Shown here: positions 13,723 to 26,088 of the stretch, in pieces
Position numbering within the stretch: the first letter of the stretch is position 1
Layout: each line of letters begins with the position of its first letter
Source of the DNA: Lytechinus pictus
Lineage: Eukaryota
DNA: 64,000 nt
Direction: 5' to 3'
Assembly (NCBI RefSeq): GCF_037042905.1
Contig: NC_087251.1
Span: 22,942,001-23,006,000 of the forward strand
Program-made: the position numbers and the translations under genes
The notes under the pieces: generated by a model
Seen by the model: the letters and a program-made list of their open reading frames with translations, nothing else
What the model was told of the DNA's origin: nothing
Databases searched by the model: none

Positions 13723-15199
13723 AGAATTTGAATGGAAGGGTGGAGCGGATAATACAGGAGAGAAACATTGGGGAAGAGAACATGGGTAAAATAATGATGT
13801 TGAAAACTGATAACCTTCGATATGGCCAATATCGAAATCTATTACAAAAAAAAAATGTTTAGGACAAATTTATATCATCATGTACACAAATGGAAAGTTC
13901 AGGGGTAACTGTTTCACAGGAAACAATAATTTTCCTAAATGATACCATAAACAGTTACTACTAACAGCAGTGTCCTCCAAGGTTATCCCTTTTTGTTTTC
14001 AACTATTTTCTCTGCATAGATATATTCAATATTAGATAGATTATGTAGGGCATGACTCCTGGTCATTACGGCAATCATGAATGTTGAGATTTACATCGTA
14101 TATTGTGAAGAGAATTGCCTGGCAATATCATTGGCGTTTTTCTTCATTTTGGATGTAAAAGCAGTTAGCATAATCAGGGAATGTTCCATGATATTTTAAT
14201 GGGAGGGGGTAGGCAAGAGGTCTTAAAGGTGATACAACATTTTCTTCATTGAATAACAGGGCAATACTGATTATCCTTTTCTACCTTTTGAAAATATTTA
14301 ATCTCTTTTTCTTATTTGCTTAACAAAAAATATATATTTGGGACGGTCGCCCCCCTGTGCCGTCATATCAGATACACATATTTTGCTTTCCATTGAACAT
14401 GATAAATCAACTCAGCAATGAACTTGATGAAATTTCGAATAATTATAGCATGTATATAAACAGTTTATTAACAACGTCCAAACCGTCTATATACTGACAA
14501 TGAGAAGAGAGATAATCTAGAAATATGTTTTAAGACCAGTGTGATTGGGTATTCTATGAGCAGATAAAGGGAACCGAAGCGGCTGATCCCTCTCTCCCCA
14601 CTTCTAGAGCAAAAAAAAAAAGGAGAAAGAAGAAACAAAAACAACAAAAAAAGAAAAGAAAAGGATAATTGAGATAGAAAGATGAGAAAGATTAACGTAT
14701 CGAATTGGCCAATAAAGAAATGCCAAGCTTAAAATGGTCTACTTTATCAGGTTGGTATGTAAAACTCAAATTTGATCTGAAATGTATATATGCGTTACAC
14801 AGTGTTGCTACTGATACGGAATTATTGATGATCTTAACACATGGTATAAAGTGATCACAAAATTACGATAGTTGCCATTTTTCTCTTTGTTCTTCGAAAG
14901 GAAACCTCGTCTTCGTGTCAAAATGCAGAAAGAACAGTCCTGATAGGTATATGTAATAATCTTGAATGTTTTAGCTTCTTTTTTATATATCGTTTGCCAA
15001 TTTTAGTTTTGAAAATAATCATCGCGAATATACATTAGATATCTTTTTTTTTCAAGGACTCACTCACTTTATATCAACACCAAACAGCTCATGAATCATT
15101 CAGCAAGCTAAATTACACACTTACAATCAATAACAATTATAACCCCAATATAATCCTGCATTGAAGGCCAGTAGACCCTAAATGTCAATGCTAGCCTGA

Positions 15200-15450
15200 A
15201 ATCACCAATTCGCTCCGATCGATTGGGTATGTCAACCAATGACGCACCGCATCTCGATTTTGTTGGCCACTGAACAATAATTCACAACTTAAGACACGAT
15301 TAATTGACTTTTTAGAACAAAACAGTATTGATGAGCCTTGTTGACTCATTGCCATGGGAACGAGATGCCAAAAGATACAAAAGATTGTGCGTGTGTGGGT
15401 AATTAGCAAGTGCAGTGCATACTGCATAGAGATATATTACTATAAAGCAG
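15200..15450 (+). promoter_or_regulatory. Candidate core promoter of gene 2
   Basis: CCAAT/ATTGG at 15205, 15222, 15236; TGACTCA at 15342; X-box-like ATTGCCATGGGAAC 15348-15361; TATAAA 15441-15446; 4.5 kb upstream of the first coding exon. Confidence 0.4.
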
Positions 15451-18400
15451 TGGTATACATAATGCGAGTGAATCCTAAAGGTTAGCCTTCAGAAAGAAAT
15501 ACGTGTACTATCATGTTCATGAAATGCAATCAAAAGTAGATTCAACTACTTTCATTCATTTTCTTTTGCTCGATGGCAAAACAAAAAGGATAGGTTGCTC
15601 GTGTACAATTACTTGGTTTACGTTTGTATCATCATTACCATTGTCATTTAGATAATAGATAGTACAAACCGGAATCATATTATCACATATCCCATCATCA
15701 AGCTAACGGTATCATTTTAATGATCATAGTCAGTGTAAAGTTACAATTAGCCCATGAATTACATACATTATTGATTACTTTATGCATGGCATCATGTACT
15801 AGATGATATCTTCCCCCTTTTTTCCACTACGACCCCACTGTTCTATGGTTATTGAATTCCACAGGACTTTTCAGCTATCGTACAATAGACAAGGTTAATT
15901 AGTTCCCATCACGTATCAACAAACGCTTTCTGATATTTCTGATTTTCCCCATTGATTCTACTTTAAGGTGAAGTTTGATTGTTTATTTATTCAGCATCAA
16001 TATCTCCTGACCAAAATTTTGTTTCAGATACTTCGTACCAGTCCACTTGACCTATTTTTTTAAAACAAAAGTTAAATATGAAAGAAACAATATCGCAATA
16101 TCTTTAACATATTTTTACTTGTACATTTAGTATGTTATTAGAGACAATATTTTATACTGAAGTTTGACATGGTTTATATTCAATATTCATGAAACATTAG
16201 ACTTATAACAGTTGATATACGGAAATAGGAACATTCGTCATATAAGTTTAGGTAACTCGATTTAAAAGCTCTGGTAATAGCAAAATTGTTGTGTATAAGA
16301 AAGGGAGGAGGTAGGAGTGGGAGTAGGCTGTGGTGGACATTTCCTGCAGAAAAAATCTCGATCGGAACATCAGTTGAAACTTTGAAAGCTGAAAACGAAA
16401 AACACGATAATTAATTAGTAATAGCATCCCATTCAGGCCACAAAGTTGTTTTAATCTGTGCTTTCATCCTTCAGAAAATACTGTTCGCCTAACAAAAATT
16501 GTTTCTTTAATTTCTAAAGGTCTTCCCATTTAAAACTGGAGTTTATCCTCTAAATCCTCTTTATCCTCTAAATAATTTTTTTGTTCCAAATTTGCCCTTT
16601 GTTACCTCTCTTTATGCAAGAGCCGATAGGGTGTAGACAGATTTGCAAAATTGAAAACTGATGTTGGCAGTGTATATATGCCCCCCCCCCCCCCCGTTTA
16701 ATGAAAAATACCCATTATTTTACAGGTTTTAAGTTTGCTGTAAAACTTTAAACTTCAGGGAATTTTATAAAAAAACTAGTTCACTTTTTATTGTTTTGAT
16801 GTCACAAACCTCCATTCACTGTCACATCAGGTATACAGTACAACGCTCTTTAACTGCAACTTAAATTTTAAGTTTAATGTCGCAGTACCCCCCCCCCCCC
16901 CATGCATGACGCCAACGGTGAAATTCGAAGAGTTAGTGATTGTCACTAAATGATAACTTTCTTTTTATCTAGTATGTCTATTCGTGTTGGACATTTTAGC
17001 CCAAATAACGGGGTAACAACAAAAATGGGAAGATGCACACTTAAGGCAGTTGTCAAAGAAATACTTTGACAACTTTTACTTCAATTCACATGGCTAAAAA
17101 TTGAGTCAAGTAATATCATGATAGTAATAACATTAGTGGTATATCTTCTGGTAATTTTGATAGAATTCTGGTAATTTTGTAAATGGTGTTTGCAATCGTT
17201 CTGTACTGGTAATCACTTTTAACTAGGTTGTTTTTAGAGTGCTTGATGACATCGGGAAGCCAAGTACCGTTATATTATCTCGAAATTAGCACGTACATCT
17301 TGCAGAAAACCACTTTGTCTAAACCTTGTTGCAGTTTTACATCGGGTGATAAACATTTTCCTTAGATTTTGCACGTTCATAAAGCTATTGAAAGATGTGA
17401 CTTAGTATACGTCAGGCCATCACCATGCCAACTTGCTAATTTACAGCAGGTAAACAAACAAATACTTTTCGAAAAATAAAATCCTAACGATGAAGATATA
17501 GAGCTCGAAACATATATTACTTGATCGGTTTGGTATGATACTTCTTAAGGATAAGACTTTAAGCAAACCTTACGTCAAAGTTGGATTAAATCAGCGTTCA
17601 TCTTTACATCATTGTCTGTAAAGGTTCGTTTTGAACTTTCTATATTCAGACCTCTTTACAGAAAAAATATTAAGAGTGTTTATTATTATCATTCTTCTTC
17701 CTTGCTTCATCTAATGGTGTACATTCTAGACTGCAAACAATAGAAAAAGGAGTTCGAGTTTTTTCTCATGATTCTTCAGTCATACTTCGTTGAATCTTTA
17801 TGGATTCTATGCTGTCTCCACCATGATTTGATAGGATTATCAGCGGTCTTCCATGAAATGGTTGTCCGTTGCTGTGATCTAAAAACTATCTTTAAACTAC
17901 GATCTTTGGTATACTGTTTGATTTTCATTGATTTATCAACGGTCTCTGCACAATATGTTCTCTCAGAGGTCTCTCCCAGTCTGTCAGTAAACTTAGGTTT
18001 AGTATCTATTCATTTTCTCAGTGATTATCTTATCAATAGACATGAAATTCTCAGTGGTCACTTAATGATTAACTACCATCTTCAAGGTCAAAAAGAGAGT
18101 TATGAAAATTTACTGACAATTAATTGTCTACAAATGGTTTGTCGATTCGCTGTACTGTCATTCAACGGAAACTATTTTTGTTCGGACTGGTACACCGTTG
18201 ACAGACCTTGTGATATATATTTTTTAATTTATATGTATTTATTTATTTATTTATTCATATCTTTTTGCTAATGATTATTATTAATTTGTTTATTTATCTA
18301 TCTACCTATTTGGTTGATCGGTTGATAATTCGATTTTATCATCATTGTTATTTGGGGAGAATTCTTTAAACAAAAATTCTTTAAATAAATCTTAAATATT

Positions 18401-19158
18401 CTTAAATATCGATTCCAAAACGCTCAAGACCAGTTGAAAGACTCTCGAAAGATCCCGAAACTTTAATAATCGATAAGATCATTCCTGACACCTGTCAGAT
18501 CCTTCAGAGATCTTCCTTGGCTCCATATAGCCTCTGTGTAGCCTGTCGAAACAGTTCAAAACAGGCTTTTTGGTCACCATTCCGCAGAACGGAAACCATT
18601 TAAAAGACCGGAAATTTGCATGACATTTCAGCAGTCTCCAAGATCAGTGAAATCTGATGTTTCTGTGGAATGGTTCCGGAAACCCCTGGAAAACCATTCT
18701 AAGACATTGAAATATTCGTAAAAAGTCGTCGGACAGCTGAAAGTTTACTCAAAGTCAAATTAAACTATTGAGAGATTACTGAAAGATCATTTGGCATACT
18801 GTCAGAGAATTTCGAGAGATCAATCAGGTTCTCTCAACTATAGTCCATCAGCTATCTTTCAATGGTTTTTCAGTCCTCTTAATATATTGGCAGGTCTTTA
18901 ACTGGTTTCTATGGACTTTCACTGTCTTTCTATCAGTGATCTCCATAAAAACATGAAAAGCTGTCGAAAGATCATAGGAATACTGATCATGCTTATAAGC
19001 TTTGAGTAATCAGGTGACAGCTGCAAATAGACTGAAGGCCACTAAAAGACTGTTATCCTGAAAGACCGCTGACAGACTGTTATGAATCGTTTAAACAAGG
19101 TTACAAACTACGGAAACCTGCACGAAGAACGTTGAAATAGTCTTTCAGCGCTCACTAG

Positions 19159-19365
19159 CTCTAAAAAACGATATTAAACTGAACAATTGAAATGTTAGAG
19201 GAGTGACAACCTTTTCTAAGTGTTGCATTACCACTTTAAATGGTTCGACCCGACATTTACATTGTTGAATTCAGATTAATGCAAGGTTGAATATAAGATT
19301 TAAAAAAGATTGTCACTCCTCCAATTTTTCAGTTGTTGATTTAACATTTCAGTTGTTAAGAGTGC
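19159..19365. mobile_element. Degenerate palindromic MITE
   Basis: Inverted arms GAGGAGTGACAACCTTTT / AAAAGATTGTCACTCCTC and CTCTAAAAA..TTAAGAGTG termini. Confidence 0.55.
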
Positions 19366-19935
19366 TGTTTCTGCTTTGTGTTTCTCTGTAGACATTGTGG
19401 AATGGAGAGTAAAACTGATCTTCCCAAGGTCTTACTAATCTCTAAATGATTTAGAAAAGATACTCAATAACCAACAAATATGTTTTTAAAATAGCACTGA
19501 GAAATCATATCGAAACTTCTACAAAACCAATTAAATTTGGTAAAGACTAGTGAAAGAATTTGTATGAAATAGCCCAAAAGGTGCGAAACTATTATCACTG
19601 AGCCATTGCACTTTTAATAAGAAGGGGAGTGATGGGGACGGATAAAGAGAGAAGAGAGAGAGAGGAACAGAAACAGGAACACACACAGAGAGAAAGAGAT
19701 ATGGATAGAATGACAGTGGAAGGAGAGAAAGATGAAATGATAATAATAATAATAAACTGGTGATAACATATCGCATAATCAATTAAACTGCTCTCTGACA
19801 TTACGAACAGCTCTCCAATATTACACTGCAAAAAAATACTTAGTGTTCTTTTTTCCCCCAAGTTTTATCTCATAAACTTTGCTGTTTAAATGACATCGTA
19901 TTTATCTCAAACAACTCAGGCATAGACATCGTCAG

Positions 19936-19990
19936 ATGGCTTACTTTTGGAAGCTGCTTGCATCCGTACATCTTTTCCTATTTCTGTCAG
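19936..19990 (+). CDS. Gene 2 coding exon 1, signal peptide MAYFWKLLASVHLFLFLS
   Basis: ATG at 19936, basic n-region then hydrophobic core, CAG|GTAAGA donor; phase 1 matches the exon at 21446. Confidence 0.85.
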
Positions 19991-20518
19991 GTAAGAAACA
20001 TGAGCAAAACTTTATCGAGATTTCTGCGTCTCTCCTACTTGACTATTGTTTCAAAATCTTTTATCATTTCTGGAAATCAAGCTGTCATTAATGTTTCTAA
20101 ATATTTACACAGACTGAATTATACAAACAATTACCTGGAATAATGAAGTGTAATTTTTAACATAAATGTATAAATGTGTGTCACTTCTGTAAATAAAACC
20201 ACAACTAACTATCTTAGGTAAGATTAAGTACGCTTTGATGAAAAACAAAGAACTAACTAAAATCGCATCGGGAGCGAGTTTAAAATGTTGTGTGTAGCAG
20301 TCAACACTGTTTTTTTTAAAATTCTATATAGGTTTTCAAATTTCTAGTAAGATTATAGTAAATAATTTTCTTTTCTTTTTTGTCTTTTTTGTCTTTCTTT
20401 CTTTCTTTCTGTTTTTTTCTTTTTAGGGGGGGGGGTGTCCCCTCTACCTGAAATTTAGGGGGGACGTGTCTCCCCTCTTCCGCCACCCATGTCTCTGACA
20501 GTTTCCATAATAATAATT

Positions 20519-20766
20519 TAGTGGCGTAATTAGACCAAAAATTTGAAGGGGTTAGATTTGGCTTATTGCGTTAAATAAGAAAAAAAGTTGCAAGCGAGCG
20601 TTTTTATTTCAAAAATCAAATTTTGTGATGATTTTTGACGTAATATTCAGAAGATAATATCATATTTCATCCTTCTCTCTTTCCTTTTTTCCGTTTCTCT
20701 TTTTGTCTTGGTCGTGAAAACTTTTGGGGGCAAGAGCCCCCAAGCCCTCCCATCTGTACGCCACTG
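20519..20766. mobile_element. hAT-like MITE
   Basis: TAGTGGCGTA...TACGCCACTG termini; flanks TAATAATT / TAACAATT (7/8 match, 8-bp TSD). Confidence 0.7.
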
Positions 20767-21445
20767 TAACAATTACGAACAGGCAGAGACCTCATCAACA
20801 TTTCTTGTCTGGCAAGTCAAGTGTCAGATTTGACTATTTTCCACGATTTTGATTGACTGAATAGTAAGTTACTATGGTAACTGTCGGATAAAACTACCGA
20901 TAAGTCCTTTCATGAATTGTTCCCCTGTCCTTCTCAGCTATCAACAATTGAAATTAGTCAGATCTGACAGTTTTCGGCGGATAAATGTTGATGAAACACG
21001 CAAGGACCGTGTAAAAAAACGAGATGTTTTATTGCTACGTCAGTAAAACATAATGAATCAGACAAATTAATAACTCAGCAAAGATACCGCTTTGTATTAT
21101 CTTCTCATCCTCATAATAAATTGTGGCCGGTGCTCCACTTTACATAAAATAATGAATCGAAAATTATTTTGAACCCAATCTGAAATTTAATCTTTGGGTA
21201 CATTTTGAAAAAAAAACCCAAATCTGTCAGAACTTGAATTAGATGCACCGATCATGATTAACCGATAAGCTGAATTCGGTTACTTTCCAGGGCTGTACTT
21301 GTCCATCCAGTTCTAGTAGACAACATTAAGACAGGGTTAAGACATTCAGTCTTCGGACAACCCCCCCCCCCCTTCCGATTTTTCCTCTGGAAAATGGTTA
21401 TAGATAATAAAATCATTTGTGACATCGTGTTGTCTTTCATTTCAG

Positions 21446-22225
21446 ATGTTATATCTTCCATGGTTGTACAGCCAACTGAAACAATGAACACCCAGACTGA
21501 TGTTACGATCATCACAGAAGTCATTACAGCTCTGGAGAGTACCGACAAGGATAAATCTATGAAGAGCTCCAGCATGGAAGCTGACACTACTGGAAAACTC
21601 ACCGAAGAAACCATGACAAGCAAACCGGCAACAAGGATAGAAACCGGTACTTCTCTTATGGATACTAACGAGTCACCCACGGCAACCAAGGAGTTATCCA
21701 TGGTAACCAATGATTCACCCACGGCAACCAATGTGTTACCCATGGCAACCAATGAGTCCCCCGTGGCAACCAATGAGTCACCCATGGCAACCAATGAGTC
21801 CCCAATGGATATAAGTTTGTCCTCTCTTGCTACCATTGTGACCCTCGATACGACTGACAAAACGTTCACCATGGAAGTAACAAAAGCTGTCCCTGAAGAT
21901 GATGATGCCGAGGTGACTACAGTGGATGTGGTAAAGGATGTTACAGCTGAAGACGGTATCGAACATGTAGTCACCACAGAACCTGTCCATGTCATCGAAG
22001 CTACCTGGGTCTATGCACCAACATCAAGAGAAACAAGAACCACTGGAGCTCCTATGTTGCTTGATACTACTCTCGTACCAGAGACAACTTCCTCCATGAT
22101 GACGACATCTGAAGTTAGCACTACTGCTGATGTTACTACTCGTGATACCACTACTCGTGAAAGCACTACCGATAACGTATACGGTGAAACTGAGACACCT
22201 GATAATTCAACTGCATTAATTGAAG
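21446..22225 (+). CDS. Gene 2 exon 2, Thr/Ser/acidic mucin-like stalk with 7-aa MATNESP repeats
   Basis: TTTCAG acceptor, 780-nt open frame rich in T/S/E/D, GAAG|GTAGAT donor; phase 1-1. Confidence 0.9.
21658..21810 (+). repeat. 21-bp coding minisatellite (about 6-7 degenerate units)
   Basis: Repeated CC(A/G)TGGCAACCAATGAGTC(A/C)C encoding (M/T/V)ATNESP. Confidence 0.85.
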
Positions 22226-22784
22226 GTAGATTCATGTTTGCTTTTGAACCTCATATGTTATCAAACTTATGTATTTGCTGACACTGAATGAACTACCGGG
22301 TTTACTTCCCCGATCAAAATTTCATCTCAAGCACCAATCGGTAAAATTTGTACTTTTTAAACATGTTCATAAACAATATAGGTGTACGTGATAATCTTTT
22401 GATAAAACAAAGTTTCCCTATTGCCATCCCTACTGGTCGGTCATGTTTCAAATTATTTTTGGGGCATGAAATGAAAAGTAAACAAATCTTGAATTGATGA
22501 AAGATAAAACAAGTTAACAAAAAATAAAAGAAATTTTGTTTTATCTACGGGGGTATCTGAATAGAAACAGAAGCCTATAATTTATAGATACATTATAATG
22601 CCATTGTTAATTGGATTGGCCTTTTCTATTATTCGGCAAACGGTAATAAAACATAAAAATTGAATGTTATTTCTTTTCAATAACTTTTAGCATACGAATT
22701 GAAATACGTACGACTTCTTAAAATTTTAATGAAGATTTTGTATGACTTCGTCTATCCTGTATCAAATTTTTATTAAAAATACAG

Positions 22785-22903
22785 ACACAACAATAGCTTC
22801 TATACGTGTGGCAATATCTATCTACGGTGAGGAATTTGATGAAGCGTTAACCGATACTTCTACAATTGAATTCATGAGAGCCGCAGTGAACTGGAAAGAA
22901 AGA
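22785..22903 (+). CDS. Gene 2 exon 3, SEA-like domain N-half: DTTIASIRVAISIYGEEFDEALTDTSTIEFMRAAVNWKER
   Basis: TACAG acceptor, AGA|GTGAGT donor, phase 1-0; the F..AL.D.S..EF pattern is typical of the SEA domain first strand/helix. Confidence 0.85.
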
Positions 22904-23596
22904 GTGAGTCGTATTTTCATTTAATCTACCTTCAATTTATCATTTTAATGAATTGAAATCCTGGTTATCGGTACCTCAAACGAACTATTTTTGAATCGGG
23001 TGTTGATGGCAGAACAATTGAAAAGAGGCATAAGAGGTTATCACTTGAATAGATTCTCCAGGTAATATATAGGTTACTACACGGAACAAAGGTGAAAGAT
23101 GTTAAGGTGAGATGGGACGGAGGCTTATATTCCAGTGGTGTTCCAAAAGCTACAAGTGGAGTTTCTTATAGCTTCATACAAGCAAAGTAGGGTTCGCAAT
23201 AATCACATTAGCTAAATTTGACATGGGTGGGGTACTGATTGTCAAATCAGAAATTATTGTTAAAGATAAAATCGTGTTAAGTATAGTTGCATGTATGAGC
23301 TAACTTTTTAGGTGCTCAAAATTCCACGTCCTTAAACGAAAAAGAAAATAGGCTTACCCTCAAGAACGTTAGTAAAAAAAAAAACAGATCTCATGAAAGG
23401 ACGATACGTGCAATTTGTTCATCGACGTAGCTGATACAAAATACGAAAAAAAACTTATTGCATTTATATTTGTGTTTCTTGTATTTAAAAAAATGTAAAA
23501 ACAAATTGTAATGCCATTCGTCTACTCTGATAAAATATCTTGAACTATGTTTTATGACTGTGTTTTATGAAATATTAATTAATTATTGAATTACAG

Positions 23597-23831
23597 ATCG
23601 AATATGCTTTCTGTAACGCTTCATCGGGTATTTGGAACGACACTTGTCCAATCACGGCGGAAGTTACAGGAATCAATCTAGACCCCTCTACCATACATAC
23701 TGTTCTTGACATTACTCATGTCAATGAAGACATCGTGAGCGCTTTGACTGAATTCATTCTTGATAATATCAACATCTCAATCTTAGACGAGATGGGAAAC
23801 GCTTACAACATAACGATCTCCAGTCTTACCC
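23597..23831 (+). CDS. Gene 2 exon 4, SEA-like domain C-half (IEYAFCNASSGIWNDTCPITAEVTGINLDPSTIHTVLDI...NITISSLT)
   Basis: TTACAG acceptor, CCC|GTGAGT donor, 235 nt open, phase 0-1; not in the ORF track. Confidence 0.85.
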
Positions 23832-24261
23832 GTGAGTACTTGAGGAAGTTTCACTTTTGTTTACTTCTAATAATAAGGATTTAATTATAGTTGATTCACG
23901 ACATCAAAGAAATGAATCGTCCCTGCCGAAAGTGGAAAAAAAAATCTTCTTTACGGGATTAGAAGTATATTCCTATCATATGATAAAATACTTAAGCATT
24001 TTAGTCGAAATGAAAAATCTTCATTTATTTTTTAAATGTGACAGTAACCCTGTATAACCCGCATCTGAGAGCACCCAGTTGGCACACTGACTAGGTTGCC
24101 CAGTCAAGCACGGTGAAAAACGTGCCTTTCACACACAAAAAAAAATATTAACGGTATGGTCGTACCATTATCGCAAATTATAGATATCTTGACCAACAAC
24201 TGATCATTTGGCTTATTAAGCTCTTAACGTTTGAAACTTCATTTTTATTGTTATTTTGCAG

Positions 24262-24302
24262 TAATAACTGAGGCTCCTGATACAGCATCCAATGGAATTC
24301 AG
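24262..24302 (+). CDS. Gene 2 exon 5, linker LITEAPDTASNGIQ
   Basis: TTTTGCAG acceptor, CAG|GTGAGT donor; phase 1-0 bridges exons 4 and 6 exactly. Confidence 0.85.
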
Positions 24303-24846
24303 GTGAGTAGAAGTGGAATTTTTATTATCTATTATCTTTTCCTTCTGTCAAATTCCTTTCATTTCTACTCTTGCCCCTTCCATTTCTTGGATTAATTCCT
24401 TCTTAGTCCGCTTCTTTTCCCTCTTATCTGCTACATAATTTGATTTAAGTTGTCGTAATTGGTGTATTATAGATGATTTCTTCATTTCGATTTTTTACAA
24501 TTTCGGTAAGTCATTGTGTGATTTGTTTTCCTGCAAAAAATTATACTTGTCGAATGAATTTCCCATGAATGTGTTTCGTTTTACTTAACTTTTTTAAAAT
24601 GTGGTTCATCATATCGTTTTTTATCGCTTATATCATTTTATGTGGTGCAATTTTCGGAAAGGAAAATTTCATTTCTATCGGTTGAATACGAACAAAGCAA
24701 GGAACTAACTGAACTCCCAGTTTTTCAATATAGCATAAAAAGAGATTTTTGCATTCTTATACTCATATATCTTTTTGAATTAATCCGTCATGTACTGCAT
24801 GAGTGATTTAATGTCAACGGCGAAATAATCATTATCCCCCCCCCCC

Positions 24847-24880
<34 letters not shown>

Positions 24881-25202
24881 ACACACAATGGACAATATGG
24901 CGAATCGTAATACTAGATATTTACATTGTCTATCTATGAACTGTTTAATTCTACGGTTTACTGAGCTTAATTGACAAAAATGGCCATTGGGCCTTTTGAA
25001 TTGTGAAATTTGTTTATTGTTTACGTAAAATATTTTCCATCTCAATTTTTCAAATTTTGTAAAATCGTACGTCAGCACAATGTATGATAAAGGTAATCAA
25101 GGTAGTAACGGTTAGTTATTGTTGTTTTGTTTCCTATTTAAAAGAAAAAGATCCTGATAATTTTTCAAAGTGCAATGATGACGTTGCTTATACCCTTTGC
25201 AG

Positions 25203-25325
25203 AATTTGACATGTCATGTATGCAGCACAGATGATAGTGATGCCGCAGATTTCTGTTATGCTGGTGGGATTCTACTGACTCTGGAGGGATCCACTGAGAT
25301 GTGTATTGTTGGAGAGAGTTGTCTG
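25203..25325 (+). CDS. Gene 2 exon 6, Ly6/uPAR (LU) domain N-half: NLTCHVCSTDDSDAADFCYAGGILLTLEGSTEMCIVGESCL
   Basis: TTTGCAG acceptor, CTG|GTACGT donor, phase 0-0; LxCxxC start motif of three-finger domains. Confidence 0.9.
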
Positions 25326-25382
25326 GTACGTATTGAATGGGATAGTTTCGGGATATACCGTTAGCGAGGAATCACTATTGTG

Positions 25383-25564
25383 AGGTGCCGTGGCCGAGTG
25401 GTCTAAGGCGCCTGACCGTACATGAACAGTCCGGGGTTCGATCCCGAGCCGCGGCAACTATGCCCGTGAGCAAGGCATTTAATCGACAATGCTCTTTTAT
25501 CCTGCATTCAAATAAATGGAAACGCTATACGCATTCTTGGTAACTAAGCGTGCGTTTGTTTGTT
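25383..25564 (+). mobile_element. tRNA-derived SINE inside the intron splitting the LU domain
   Basis: Pol III A box TGGCCGAGTGG (25391-25401), B box GGTTCGATCCC (25435-25445), non-tRNA body, GTTT tail. Confidence 0.75.
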
Positions 25565-25833
25565 AAAAACTAGCACAATATATCAATGCAATGAAAGTAT
25601 TGTTCGGTGACATATACGGTAAAGTTTAATAGAATGAGATTACAATCATGGTAGGTGGAACTAAATGAACCGGAAAATATAAGAAAGAGAACGTATCAAC
25701 CGAGTAACTTAGCTTTAAATTTCTCTATTTTAAGAATCTTTATTTTAAGATCGAGGCCTTTACTTAAAGACCCCCCGATGATTGATTGTTGACCGGGATA
25801 TCACAATCTTTATTCTATTTCCATTTATTTCAG

Positions 25834-26088
25834 ACATTAAAGACTTCGAACATAACACACACCTCCATCGTCCGCCAATGCGCCTCTACAGATATGTACT
25901 GTGACAATGCGAACATGCCATCCATGTCCTGCAAACACGCTCAACCCACAGGAGGAATACACATGAGTGAGTGCCACAGATGCTGTTCAACCGACTATTG
26001 TAATCTGGACGCTGGTTCATCAGATTGCCGACCTATTCCTTCTCTCTTATTACTTCTAGCTACTATTTTCATGACCTTGGCAATATGA
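25834..26088 (+). CDS. Gene 2 exon 7, LU domain C-half (CCSTDYCN) plus GPI-anchor signal
   Basis: TTTCAG acceptor, phase 0; CCxxDxCN LU signature followed by small residues (DAGSS) and a hydrophobic tail SLLLLLATIFMTLAI*. Confidence 0.9.
   Translation, partial: TLKTSNITHTSIVRQCASTDMYCDNANMPSMSCKHAQPTGGIHMSECHRCCSTDYCNLDAGSSDCRPIPSLLLLLATIFMTLAI

Noticed and set aside
17768..19150. 167-aa ORF and surrounding sequence with recurring GTCTTTCAG/AAAGACC motifs
   Set aside because: No recognisable protein motif or splice chain; probably a decayed repeat, but I could not define its termini
21258..22235. Long antisense ORFs (245 aa, 70 aa, 74 aa) over the mucin exon
   Set aside because: Shadow of Thr-rich sense codons; the sense frame has phase-consistent splice sites and domain context
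25383..25456. Possible tRNA gene
   Set aside because: A and B boxes are present but there is no convincing anticodon arm or terminator, and it continues into a SINE body
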